From Lama glama (Eukaryota), in assembly GCA_028534125.1 (NCBI GenBank), contig CM052816.1, positions 77,874,001 to 77,938,000 on the forward strand: 64,000 nt of DNA, given 5' to 3'. Under the pieces are notes generated by a model, which was not told the origin of the DNA, did not search any database, and saw nothing but the letters and a program-made list of their open reading frames with translations. The number at the start of each line of letters is the position of its first letter. The first letter of the stretch is position 1. Positions 14,073 to 27,603 of this stretch are shown here, piece after piece. A program made the translations under genes and the position numbers.

Positions 14073-15412
14073 GACGCTGGGTGAAAAAAACCTACCCAAG
14101 ACCCAAACCATCATTGGCATGTGCGCCAAGTCTAAAAATGACACATACATAGAAGGAAAGGGTGAATCCAGCCGTGCTCTAGGCTGGGCAAAACATCTCA
14201 AATTATTTGTTTCAAACATTTTGCAATTGGCAAGACCCAAACCACATTTTTCCAAGCATTCCCTTCTCCACTCCCCCCCGCCACTGCCCTGCTTTACATT
14301 GTAAACCCATGTGTATTTCCCCAAAAATGGAATCCATATGTCTCTGATCTGTTTACACTTAACTCATCAAATTGTTGTCTGCTCAGAGTTGTTTGCTGCC
14401 CGTGAAGCCTTCTGAGACTGTGAGGCCTTCAAAAAGCCTCTTTTCTTAGAAACAGGAAGCTACATTTAGCCAAGGGCAAATGAAATTGAAAATGTTGGCT
14501 GTGGGAGGGCGGAGACTCCAGGACCAAAGAACTGGTTCTTTTCTCCACACGGCAGAATGGCAAGGAGGGTCCCCCTGAGCCGATATCTCAAGGTCCTGGC
14601 CACTTGCTCTTGGTGAAGCACCAAGCCCAAGGTTGGGTCCAATTTTGTCTTCAGCCACATTCACAGCCTCCCCGTTGCTGCAGCCCGTGCGGTAGCTCTG
14701 GAATGTCACGGAGAGCCAGCAGCACATCCCTGACCTGGGTCATCAGTCATCTGATGGTATCGACTGCTTTGGGAGAACTAAACTCCATGTACTGGGTTTC
14801 TAACCCAGCAGCTAAAGATCTTGCAAGTTCTGCTTTTATATCTGCCTTAAAAAAATACAAAACATGCATACGTACAGACAACAAAGCAAACACTTCTCAA
14901 AACAAACCATTACATATGATATGGTTTAACTCATCCACGTTTTTTGGCTTTGGCAAAGGTTCCAGTTTTGTGTTTGTGTGTTTTTTTTAATTGCTTAAGT
15001 TCAGCTAACTTATGTCCTTTGGGAAAACTGATCTATGTAAATGTGATTTAACTAAAGAGGTTGAGCCATTCACATGTGTTTTACATTTTCTAATCATCCT
15101 GAGCTCTGTACATAGTGAGCAGACCAAAAAAATGATGGTGGTCTCATTTCAAGATCAATTTTTATCCCTTCTATCCCCCAAGAATGCCAAATGATGGCTG
15201 GAGAGGATCTCACTTCCTATTTCCAGACAATCAGGAGCTGGTATTTCTGGAAACCCTGGCAGTGGGTGAAGCTGGTTGACTGGGTGGAAGTCTCAAAGGA
15301 AAACAGTAATTGTCTCAGACATCTCCATTGACCAAAACTTTAGTGAAGGTTCATTTTAAGTATTCTATGCCCCTGATTAAATTAAATTCAACTAACATTT
15401 AAGAAATGCCTA

Positions 15413-15857
15413 CTGTATCAGTCCTCTATTGTTATGTGAGAAACCACCACAACTTTAGTGGCTTAAAACAACATGCAGGTACTATCTCACAGTTTCCATG
15501 GGTCAGGAGTCCAGGCTGGCTAAACTGGGTCTCTACTCAGGCTCTCGGAAGGTTGCAGTTAGCGTCAGCCAGTCTTCACCCCCAGCCGGAGGCTTGAATG
15601 GGGAAGAATACACTTCCAGGTTCATTCAGGTTGTTGGCAGAATTCGCTTCCCTGGAGCTGTGTGTATCCCCATTTTCTTGATGGCTGTTGGTCATGAACT
15701 GCCCTAAACTCCTTGAGGCCACCCTCACGTCCTTGCCATGTCGGCCCGTGTTCTTAAAACATGGCTACTTCTTCAAAGCCAGCAGGAGACTCTCTCCCTT
15801 TAGGAAGGACCCGGTCCTCTTTCCAGGGCTTTCACCTGATTAGGGCCAGCCCACCCA

Positions 15858-15893
<36 letters not shown>

Positions 15894-16082
15894 CCCAATT
15901 TTGATTAACTCGGAATCAACTGATTTGCAGCCTTAACTACACCTTCAGAACCCCTTACCTTATCCACAGAATATAATCTATTAGGGGCATTACATCTATC
16001 ATATTCACACATCCCATCCACACAAGGAGAAGGGAATGATATAAAGTGTGTTGGAAGCCGTCTTAGAATTCTGCATACCACA
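15413..16082 (-). mobile_element. MaLR LTR (MLT1-type) containing a microsatellite
   Basis: tgtatcag...aaaccaccacaactttagtggcttaaaacaac...tcttagaattctgcataccaca. Confidence 0.85.
15858..15892 (+). repeat. (TG)n(TA)n compound microsatellite
   Basis: Directly visible. Confidence 0.95.
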
Positions 16083-16539
16083 CCTTCTATGTGATACATA
16101 GTTATGAATCTGACATTCACAAAACTCACAGTCAAATAAGGGCTGTAGATGTGCAACAAATAATTACTACTCCATAAGATATGTTGTATACTAGAGCTAT
16201 GTTCAATGTTCAGAAACAGCACAAAAGTGGTCACACAGAAAATGGGATTTGTAAGGTGAATAGGAGTTTGGCAGGCAAGCAAGTATGGGCGAGAAGGGAG
16301 TAAGTAGGATTGGCTTGAAACAGTATGGAGTGCTTAAGAAATTATCAGGAGTTTGATTTTCCTAAGAGTTCAGCAAATGTGCTGGGAAATTTTGTTTTGT
16401 CTTTTCTTTTTAAAAAGAAAATTAATTGTCTTATAGCCTAGCCATGTGTAGGTGTCTGTGATACGTTGCACCTGACCCATCTGCTTACAGAAATTAGGAG
16501 AATAACATTGAAGGGAAAATGAATAATAAACACTCTAGC

Positions 16540-16894
16540 TGCTATGGACTGAATGTTTGGGGCCCCTCAAAGTTCATATACTGAAGCCCTAATCCCCGAC
16601 GTGATAGTATTTGGAGGTAGGGCCTCTGAAAAGTAATTAGATTGTGAGGGTAGAACCTTCACAGTGGGGTTAGTGCCCTTATAAAAAGAAACATAAGAAA
16701 AGTGATCTCTCTCTCTTCCATGAGAGGATACAACAAGGAGGTGGCCGCCCATAAACCAAGAAGAGGGTCCTCCCCAGAACCTAGCGGTGCCGGCACCGTG
16801 ATCTCAGACTTCCAGACTCCAGAACTGTGAGAAATAAATGTTTAAGCCTCCCAGTCTACAGTCTCTAATTATAGTCGCCCGAATGGATTCAGAC
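16540..16894 (+). mobile_element. MaLR solo LTR (MLT1A/B-like), near full length
   Basis: tgctatggactgaatgtt...gacttccagactccagaactgtgagaaataaatg...gaca with TG..CA ends. Confidence 0.9.
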
Positions 16895-17696
16895 AGTAGC
16901 CCTATAAGAAAATTGCTCCTGAGTTTCCTTCAGAACACGTGGACCTTTAACAATCAGAAGCTTCCCTTGAAATAATTTCGTTTCAGAAAGGTGGAAATGA
17001 GTTCTTACCCACAGGCATAACAACAGGAAAGGCCAAGGCAAGTTCTGTGTCCCAGAGCACAAAGAACAGCAACCGAAGTGGGACTTGAAGCCAGGCTAAC
17101 CCAAGTGCCTGAGGTGACACATGCTAAATTCCAACCCACGTCCTGGCACTTTCGTAACTCGAAACACGATTCACTTTTGAAGCCTGAAGCCTTCTGACTC
17201 TTCCACCACAATATATAAACACAGGTTAGAAAGAAAATGCCTCCAAAAAAATACAGTAGCCTTTATGGAAACTCCAAAATAACCTCTTGAGCCACTAGGA
17301 AGATGACAATATTACAAACGAAAACACAAGCATCTTGCAGGCAGTTTGGGTCCACGTGTTTCACTCCCATCGCCAAGTCTGACTGTGGGGTATTTTCTGG
17401 TTACTCAGAACTGCTCAAGTTAGCCGGCCTCTCTGTGGCCCTCCTGACAGCCACACAGGAGAGGGGAAAGCACTTTAGATATGGCCTTAGGAGACCTGCG
17501 TTCCAGATACAAGTTCATCTTTCTTTCTCTCACCCAGGATTGTCGGAGGACAAGTGAGTTTCCCACTTATTGGCTAAGTGAGTTTTCCAGACAACAGAAA
17601 AACTTGCTACAAGAGAAAAACTTAGCTACAAGATGTTTTCATTGTATTGTTTTAAGATGGGAAATTCTCCTAAGATATGTTGTCCATTAAGAGATG

Positions 17697-17890
17697 GGCA
17701 CCGGAGCCAGGAAGCCTGGATTTGAATTCCAGCTCCAACACTTGCTCACTGTGTGACTCAGGGCAAGGGACTTAACCTCTCTGTGTCTCTGAGAATAGCC
17801 CCTACTCCATAAAGTCATGCTGAGGGCTAAATAAGTTAACAACATAAAACATTTGAACGTGGCACATAATACTCACTTCAATAAGTATTA
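17697..17890 (+). mobile_element. MIR SINE
   Basis: ggagccaggaagcctggatttgaattccagctcc...gggcaagggacttaacctctctgtgtctc. Confidence 0.85.
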
Positions 17891-20654
17891 TGATTATTAT
17901 GATAAAACAGAATGTGAAATATAAAAAAAGACAAGGCCTTTCTTCTCAGGGTCATCATCATAAACACTAAGCAAAATACTGTACAGTATGTACATACTGT
18001 ATATTATATATTAATAACACCCAGTCTCACCCAATATATACAAATATACACACATGCATGCATATAAAAATATATAAAATCATGCCTTCACCACCCACTG
18101 GAATAGATTAGGAAGACAATATTTACCCTAAAAGACCTCAGAAGGTGGTAAATGCCTTGTATTGGCCTTTTGTAGACATCCTAGCCTCCCCTCTCATGGG
18201 TCTAACTGCTACCAGTGATGTCTGGCTGTCTCTGACTGTCTTCTCCCTCTAAGTTGCCCTTCTATTCTCCCATGACTGGGAAGTCTGATTACAGAGCTTG
18301 CTAAAGCTGAGGCTAAGATAAAAGCACCAGGATCTGAATGAGAGTCTCACAGGCTCCGTCGGGAACGAACTGCAGAGGCTCACATCTCTGGGCTTTGTGT
18401 CAACTATTCCGATTGACCAGAGAACAACGTTTCACTTGCTTTCTGGATCTTGAACGTTCATGGTTCAGATCTAAATGAGGTTTTCAGCTATGTTCACAGG
18501 GTGTGTGAGCGCATCTCAGGGGTCCCCATGGTGGAAACTGGAAAGAGAAAGGTTTATCCAGGAAGGCTCCAAGCCCTCCACTTTCACTTTAACCAGAGAA
18601 GCTCTGATGCTTTATAGAGTGGGGTTCTATATACAGTGCCATCTGAAAAAGGATTCCACTGCTACATCTAGAGATAAAATTGACAGCTACTGTTCTACAG
18701 AGTCATACTTGCCTAAAACTGCTCTTAAAAAATAAAATCTTAATTTGAAAAAGCAACATGCAAAATGACAATCGTTAGAGCCATATAAATGCTAATAAAA
18801 ATAATGAGATATTATTTCCCAATATACTGACTTTTCAAATTAGAATAATAAGGTGCTCATATATAGCAGGCAAGGGTGTATATTGGCATGTTCCTCTGGA
18901 CAGTAATTTATATACAGTAAGACGTATAAATGAGCCTTTCGAAGAGTTCATGACCATGTATACATAAACATTTCCAAAAGATTATACAGTAATGTGTTAA
19001 TTCCTTTAAAAAAAATCATTAGTCGCTGTGTAGATAGCTTCAACGTAAAATGTAACAAGATGAGGTCAAATTCAAAATCCATGTCAAAGAAAGAACTTTT
19101 CCATCACCCAGGAGGAGGGCTTGCCCTGTGTGGCCTGAGCATCACTGAGTAGGGAGTGTCACAGAGTTGCATCAGCTGCTCCCCACAACCCAAAATACCC
19201 CCTCTCTTATTTGTACCCACTCCCAACACTCCTGTATTACTGACCCTTTTAGATAAATTTGCTGAGGCTGGACTGTCCTCTGGGAAAAGAAAGCAAAAAA
19301 TTCAACTGGCCAACCTTACCCAGAGCGCCTTGAAGGACTGGTGTAAGGTAACCCCACAGGGTGGGTCTGCGTGGTCACTGTGGACCTGGTAGGGGTGTGA
19401 CAAAGGACAATGTGAGATGCATGAGGCAACGACAATAAACTTTGGCTATGGGACATTTTCTCAAGAGCCAGTCCTTCTTATAAAGAACTAATCTGGAGTG
19501 AAGCGATGAATTATTCCACACAAAATCACCTAATCTTAATTTTCAAATGTTCATGTGTTCTTATAGATCCATGATTGAAACGCTCCTTTTGCTTTTACTC
19601 AGTCCTCTCATAAAAGCAGACTTGCTTTCTTCATTAAGCCCAATTTATTGGCATTCAAAATGTACTGACTTACTGGTATGTGATTGCCCTGATTACGCTG
19701 GGACTTCCAAAGCCGAGGAAGTCTGCTGATGAAAATAACCCCTCCCCAGTATCTCCTTTCTGACTGGGCACCTCTGCGCATTTTATCACAAACTAGAAGG
19801 GGCTATCCTCGTTTTTTATCACCTTAATCTTGTGGTTTTCACTTTGCTACTGGAAATTCGGTCTCTTCCAGAGGCCCTTTTCTTAAATCATTCGGGGATA
19901 GCCTGAGATACCTCATCCATGAGAAAGCCCAGAGCAGACATGGGAGGAAGGAGAGGAACCAGTGACAATCGCCAACATTTGTTCTGTAATGACAAGCAGA
20001 TTGACCCTTCTGCAGAGAACATTTGAATAAACTACTCACTCCTGAAGCCGACGGGAATAATTCTGTCTGAAACAGAAGCCCTTATTGTAATGAGGTTTTC
20101 ATGAGCCGATTTTCTAGGGGAAGAAGGGGAAAGTTAGGGACAGGGAGATGTTAAAATATGGCAATCAAAACCTAACACCACAGAGCCTACAAAACACTCA
20201 TAGCTACAAATTGGAGTCAGCCCCATTTCCAGTGTGTCACAGAGACATTTCACAGCATTTACACCATCGCCTCCCAGGCGCGACTACAGCTTGCTCTGTG
20301 CCCTTAGGCAAGTCCTTCCTTGCCTCTGAGTCTCATTTCTCATCCATACAAAGACAGGGCTGGACTAGGGTACTCTCCAATCCATCGTGATCTATCCTCT
20401 TCTAGAATCCTGTCCATGGAATTACGCTGATGCTCCCTTCATGCCCGTGCTCTGTCTTGGCACCTTCATTCTTTATGACATCACTCTTCCCAAGACTCCT
20501 CAAGGAAGTGAATGCTAATTTTTTTAAACACCATGTCCAAAATGCAAAGAGAACGTCTTCAGGGGCATGTTACGAGTGGTTCATGGAAAACAGTTGGTAA
20601 AGGCCTAATGTCGGCTGAATGGACCTTCTAAACTCCATCTATGCAGAATGGCCC

Positions 20655-20855
20655 AGAGCTGCAGGTTGATGTTGCCCCTCGGGGTACAGCTGGCAGTGTC
20701 GGGAGATACTATTGTCATAACTTACGGGGGCACAGCATCTAGTAGGTAGAAGCCAAAGATGCTGCTAAACATCCTACAACATACAGGACAGCCTCCAACA
20801 ACAAAGAACCATCCAGCCCAAAGTGTCAGGAATACCGAGCCTGAGAACGCCTGGC
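20655..20855 (+). mobile_element. MER20-like hAT fragment
   Basis: gcatctagtaggtagaagccaaagatgctgctaaacatcctacaa...aacaaagaaccatccagcccaaagtgtcag; opposite orientation to the 565-769 copy, absolute strand uncertain. Confidence 0.75.
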
Positions 20856-22879
20856 CGAGTCCACAGGATAACTGGGAGGATGCAGCCAGCTGCCCCGGGC
20901 TCCCTGGAATCGAATGTGGGCATCTCTTTCAAATTCCACCTTCATAAGTTCACCTTGATAGCTAGAAATTGGCCACTATGGGAGTATTTACACCACAGAA
21001 GTTGGCACACTCTACAAATCAAGGCAATTTTATTTCCGAGGGCTCACTGTTAAACATTTACCAACACACTACTACTCAGAACCAACACCTAAAATAACTG
21101 ATTCAAAACTCAAAAGTGCTTTTAGCAAGAAGGCTAGACTGCAGGAAAACTAAGATGATTCTACCAATGGGCAAGGAGTCTGACATCACAGCAGCACCAT
21201 GACAGTGATGACAAAGAGGGACACTGTGGGCAGATACTTGAAGACTCTTGTGTCTTGTTTTGTTTGCTTACTCATACGTACCCTGCCTTCTTCCAAAGAG
21301 CATTTGAGGCGACATCTTAGGAAATAAACAACAAGCTTGTTTATGAAACTCCTCAGAGGAAAAGCATGAAGGAATAATGATAATTCAACGCATTTAATTT
21401 TAAAAACCTGACATATAAAAATAAAGATCAACAATCGACAGGTGCAAAGCCCGAGCAGCAACGCTGAGCAGTCAGCCTTTCGGCACGTGGCCCGGCCACC
21501 CGGGAGATGCGCTTCCCAGAAGCGCACGCATCCTGGAAGTCAGCAGAGCTGGAATCCACTACATCTCCCACACGGGACTGCGGGGCCAATTCTTTCCAGG
21601 GCTTCACACAGACAATGGACGCCCTACAGAAACTCAAGCCACGTTGGAGGGAAACCCTTTCCCCAAGAGTGCTCTTCATTACTGTCTTGATATTTGCCTC
21701 CGGTTGCTATAACAAAATCTGGCCTTGGAATTTTTCTGGGAACAAATAGGAAATACTTGTGGGGGGAAGTTCAAGACCCTACGCACATTTAGGCTTGGTT
21801 ATAAACACTCATAGTAAAATAAAGCACTGACTCATTAAAACCAAAAAACAAAACCCAAAATATTTTTTTAATCCCCATTCAAAAACTTACTCTGTTCCAG
21901 AGGTGACCAGCTAGAAAGCTATTTATTCTCGCAGACAAGGTCACCAGCAAAATGAACTAACAGGGTGGAGTACTGACCAGTTGGGGTACTGATCACCCTG
22001 TGCCAAGACACACTCTGCTTCTAGTGTGTTTGATTTCTGGAGCTGGAAGGGCTAACCCCAAACAGCAGAAATTTTCCATTTGCTAGAGCTGATTCTTTTG
22101 TCCAGTGATTATTTTTCACTGAAAAGAAAGCCAGGGCTCCAGCCATGCAAACTCCAGCACCAAGGGTCTGGAAAATCTGACAAGGGCATTGAGGCCTATG
22201 ACACACCTCAGACCCAGATGAGCTGGGTGTCTCTTTGTTTTTGTCTGTCTTTCTTTAAGGTTTCTATATCTGAAATTTTATTCCTGAATCTCCACCTTTT
22301 ACCTCAGCCTGAATTAATCTCTCAATTCACATCCAGGGACTTGTCTTCAAGAACCAGAAGCAGCTGCCACCCTGACAGAGTGATGTGGAGAGTGGGAAAG
22401 CAAGCCTCTCCACCCTACATGGGCTTCCCAGTGTCACTGGGGACCAGCTACTGTCAAACACAAAGGCTACAAGGTGATGCACTGGAGAAACCTCTTACTG
22501 ATCCTTCAAATGGCCATCTGGCTCCCACCTATTTTTTCCCATCTTACCCCTCATGCTCCCAGGCAAACCTCCTCCACTCTCATCAAGCTCATATCTCACT
22601 ATCTCTTGCATCCACCATAGATGCCTCAGAAATTATGATAAAAATACATTACACATAGAACAATTTCTCTCTCATTATTGCTCAAAAGAGAGAACAGATT
22701 TGTTTGGAGGAAATATTCAGGTAAGCCACTCGGGGAGGAGAGGCAAGATCTCAGGGGGTGTTCAATAGCACACAGTGGTCACTGAACTAGTCTTCATAAA
22801 GTAAGGAAGGAAAAAGGGACAGGCAACAGGAGGCAGGGCCTGTGTGGGAGGAGACTAAAGAGGCAGTAACTGTAAGAAT

Positions 22880-23100
22880 AGCTCCTTATCTAGTAGTTAC
22901 CACTTGCCAGCCCTGTTCCAATCGCTTTATATATATCAATTCATTTAACACAACAACTCTTTGAAGGGGTCAGTGATATTATCCCCATTTCACGGACAGG
23001 GAAACAAAGGCCCAGGGTGGCTCAGTAAGTTGCTCGAGGTCACCGGCTAGTGAGCGGCAGAGCTAGTGAGCAACGGTCTGCCTCTAGAATCTACACTTTG
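22880..23100 (-). mobile_element. MIR SINE
   Basis: attatccccatttcacggacagggaaacaaaggcccagg...gaggtcac. Confidence 0.8.
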
Positions 23101-26089
23101 CACCGGCCTCCTCAGCTCCCTCAGTGGGTAACCCTCTGGAAGTAGCTGAGGAAGGACAAAGCAAAGCCGAAGGTCACAAGGATCTTACCAAATATAGGAA
23201 GGTGTCAATGTCAGACACACCGTAATCTTATGGATTGCTACAAAAATGCTGCCACTCATACTATTGTGACGAACCATGAGACAGATTTTGGTTTCAGGGA
23301 TGAAAAGGCACATCTTAGAAGTGATGGAATACAGCACTGCGGTGGGCTGTGCCCTGAGGCCTCAACTCCGCTTTGAAATCCTCAGTGAGTCGACATTCCT
23401 CACGGATGCCTTTGTGAGTACAGATTCTTGGGGGGAAGTGGTGGCAGGGGAAAACCTACAGAAGTGCCATTTGTGTGTGTGTGTGTGTATGCGCACGTGC
23501 ACTCATGTACATTCATCCACACAGGCAAGGATGAACAGGTGCAGGGAAAAGACAATTTTAGCAAGTGCAAAATTCCCCTATACTTAGTTACACAAAGAAA
23601 GTGTAGCTTTATTATTTCCTATAATTGATCTACTCTTTCTCCTGATCATTTCACCTTACTGTACAGAGAAAATTAAATTTCATCCCATCCAATCATTTAA
23701 ACAGTGTCTCTTGGATATTTCAACCTTGCAGTATTCCTCCCCGACTTTCCCATTCTTCTCCAAGATGGCCTCTCAGGGAAGAGTCTGCTGTACCTGGTGA
23801 TGGCACAAAAGGGGAGGGAGGTCCTCAGTCCACAGGATTCATATGCGCAGGTCCTTGTACCATCCTCTAGGTCCTCTGGGCCCTGTCTGGAAGGCCTCCA
23901 TGCTGATGTCTGTGGCTGATCAAGGTCTGCTATGAGCTCTCGGTTTGGCCAGGGGCCCACTGACTGAGGTCCACTTAGGTCCTCCTTGAAGTCAAGTACC
24001 TCTGAGGTCTGATTATGTGTCTCCATCCTGGGCAGTCCCCAGGGGCAACTCCCTAGTAGGTTCATAAGCAGGGGTTCCTTATGGCACTCATAGAACTTTT
24101 GCCCAGTAAGCTGGGGTGTGACTGCAGAATCCTGCCCATCTCAGTGCCCAGCCAGCCACTGCATTGAAGGTGGCATATTAAATAAGCTCTTGCCAGCCTA
24201 GGTCTCTTAGTGATTCCCTAAGAGGCATACCTGCTGGTAGTTACCTGTACCAGAAGATAATAACTACCTGAAGAGGAAACACAAACATTATATAGACCTG
24301 CAGTTAGCAGTGGCTGAATTAATAAAGATCATCATCGCCTACTGAACACAGTAGCGTGTGTTCCAGTCCTAGTTCTGGTCAATACTGAATCATCTCTCTT
24401 CCCCTGGGGAGAGAGGGGAAGACACACGAGCATGAACATGTGCTGCTCATGTCTACCTGACTCCCCCGGGATCAGCTGACCCAGTACAGACATGCATTGC
24501 ACGTGTACGTGTTTCGGGAGTTTACCCAGAACTTTGGGTTGTGATGGCTGGAACAGTGAACAGGCTGGAGAGCTGACCCTGTGGAAATCTCATCCACTTG
24601 CAGAAGTCTGGAGTGAAGCCGTCCCATCTCCAGACAGAGGGCCAGGCTGTCTAAACTTCCTCCTCTACAGACTAGAGCAGCTGAACGCGAAGTCTGTCAA
24701 GGCCCAGCGAGTAAGGCCAGCGGACCTCAGTCCACAATCCCGCTGTCCCTCCTACTGAACACCTACCATCTGTTCACCTCGACTGACCCTCCCTCTGTTC
24801 AACAAGTGCAGTGCTTGAATTCCGTATTTTCTTTTAAAAAAAAATCCTCAGAAGGGCAAATTACAAAAAAAAAAAAAAAAAACCCAGCATGTGAGACTGG
24901 GCTTTAGAAGAGAGACCAGGACAGGGAGGGGCAGAACTGCCCTTAGGCCCAGAAAAAGGGCCCCCCCTAGACTCGGCACTACTGGTCCTTCACTGACTGT
25001 GCCCCATTCCATGGAGACGTGCCCCCTGCAGGGAGCCTGCGTCTCCTTTTCCAGATCATGCCTTGGGTACCAGAGATTCCAGAATTCCCTGCCTGAGTGG
25101 CCTCAAGCCCACGTCCACGGCCTTCCAGGGACCGGTTCTCTCAAGGGCAGGCCACACCTCTAGTAATCACACCTCTAAGCCCAAGAAGTGGCCACCGGGT
25201 GGCCGAATGCAGGGCTGGAGCAAGGATGTGCAGGCCGGATTGCCACGGGAGGAATAGATGATGGGGGCGGGGGGCGGGGGGCAGGCAGCAGGCTTGGGGG
25301 CCAGGGGCCCCAACTCCTTGGGCCACCACATTCCCGCATGGCACTCCAGGAGTGCACAGGTTTTAATCCCAGCCTGGCCTCTGTGCAGGTATATTTGTTA
25401 AGGCAAGAGGATGGAACATTTTTTATTTAACAGCTGGTCAGCTTGATTTATAACTTTTAAATATTTAGACATGGAACATGAGCCTCCATTTTTACACTTG
25501 CCAGGGCCCCACAAAAATTAGGGGAGGGAAAATGGTTTTTAAGGGAGGGATGGGAAGACTCTCCGGTTGAAAAAGGACCAAAGTTGTTTCTTTGCTGTAT
25601 GGTGCTTAAAACAGTGTCTGGCATATAGTAAGGACTCAAAACAGTTGTCAAAAGAGAAAAGAAGAGAGACAGGGGAGAAGGGAAGGAAAGAGAAAGAGGA
25701 GGATTTGTGTTAAACCTCTCATGCTTCCAGGAGTTTCTGATACGGAGTCAGAAAAGTCAGAATTCACATCCTATCTCTGGACAAGTTACTCAACATCTCT
25801 AATCCTCAGTTTCCTCATCTGGAAAATGGGGAAGCCATGCTTATCGTATGGTGAGAACAGATACAAAATAAGTAACAATAACTTACAGTATTCTCATTAT
25901 CTTATCACTTTCATTACATACCCTACCCCTCAATCCCATTTAACTTATAAATCACATTCTGAGGACCAGTTTGTTTCAAACAGTCTCAGGAAGGCTATTG
26001 CTACCAATGTGCCCAATGTAGACAGAGAAATATTTCATGAGCCCCATTTCAGCCCACCAACAGCCTCAAATGTCCACCTACCACTGTAG

Positions 26090-26420
26090 CAGGTACAGCT
26101 GGCACACCACCCACACCCCTGGGCACACACCATTTCAATGCTCAGCAGCCTGACATCCAATGGCCCACATCAGCATTGCTTTGCATAAGGGCATCCTCAG
26201 GTCCTGCAGACCCCACTTTGCCACTTGAATGGCAGGGCAGAAATGCCAGAGAATTAAGGCAAGAAGCAGCCTTCAACTGATGTCAAATGGGAGTGGGTAT
26301 AAATACCCCAGCTCTCTCACTTCTAGGGCTAGATAACTCTGAGGGGCATGTTCAATACTGAATCCCAGCAGGATCATGGTCCAGTTACCCTCAGTAGTAA
26401 CTTGCTGGGTAGTGAATCCT
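26090..26420 (+). mobile_element. ERVL LTR fragment (LTR16-like)
   Basis: gataactctgaggggcatgttc...ccagttaccctcagtagtaacttgct resembles the LTR16 consensus as I recall it. Confidence 0.6.
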
Positions 26421-27479
26421 TTGCTTGCTACACAAGGATGTATGAGTGTGACCACACCAGTTACCATGGCCAGCAAGTGTTCCTTTTAACTGCTCAGTGT
26501 TCATGCCTACTCGTTAACTATTCTGAAAACCGCCTCTTCACGTTCAACCAGTAAGTTGCAACCACGAGTGCTTCTTGAGAAATGTCAACGTTCTATAAAA
26601 CTAGATCCCATAGCAACTTCACCTAGTAAAATAATAAGTATTTATTATTTTACCCTCCTTCGTATAACGGCATTAAAATTCAATAGTTAAGTGGTAGAGA
26701 AGAGACAATAAAAGATCATTCAGCACTTCTACCCACATACGAAAGCCAGCAAATATCATGGATTTTTTGTTGTGGTTGTGGTTGGAAAATTTCCCACATG
26801 TTTAAGTGAGGTCCCATGACCCTACACAGTGCATCAAATAGGGCATCTGCTCTCAAATACTTTTGCACTTGGCAGTGACCTCAGGGTTTAACAAATATGT
26901 TGTCTCCATGTTTTTATTTATTATCTCATAATCCTTTGAATGGTGACACATTCTGAGATTACAACAAACATATTAAGATCCCAATATGAATATAATGTCA
27001 CCAAAAAGATGATCTAGATCTAGAGTGAGTGAAAGCCAACCCAAACAGTGGCTAAACTGGGCAGCTGTTCACAATTAGGTCCAATTAACACATTTTAAAC
27101 ACAGCATTACTGGGAATCTCTTTGAAGTGCATTGCTCCCGGAAGGTTCTTTTTCTTGAAAGGGGTTTCCTAATGGGAAGCAGTCAAAATCCACAGCTGAA
27201 CAACTCAACTTCCTATTTTGACTTACGTGCCACATAGAGTTCACAGTTTCAATTCATTTTCCCCAGTTATGTGTATAAATATTTCAAACATGTAATGAAA
27301 TGTCTGGGAGAGCATCTTTGCTGAAAAAAAGAACATTTGTAAAGGCAGAGAGAGGAAAGCAAGGAGCTGGGCTCCTCTGCTGTAATTTGCATGCTGTTGA
27401 ATTGCCAAAGCCTACCAGACATGTAAATTGTAAAATCCTATTTATTTATTTATTAAGCACATAAAAGCATTGTCTACTC

Positions 27480-27603
27480 TGAAATAAAAAGCTCCATGAG
27501 AACAAGAACTTTGTCTCGTTTATCACTGCATCCCTGCTACCTAGACTGGCACACAGCTGACCTACAATAGATATTAGTTGAATGAATGAATGAATGAATG
27601 AAT
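27480..27603 (+). mobile_element. L2 3' end with (GAAT)n tail
   Basis: aagctccatgagaacaagaactttgtc...ttgaatgaatgaatgaatgaatgaat. Confidence 0.85.

Noticed and set aside
22080..22658. 192-aa ORF
   Set aside because: TTG start, no recognisable homology or convincing exon structure; such lengths arise by chance in 64 kb x 6 frames.
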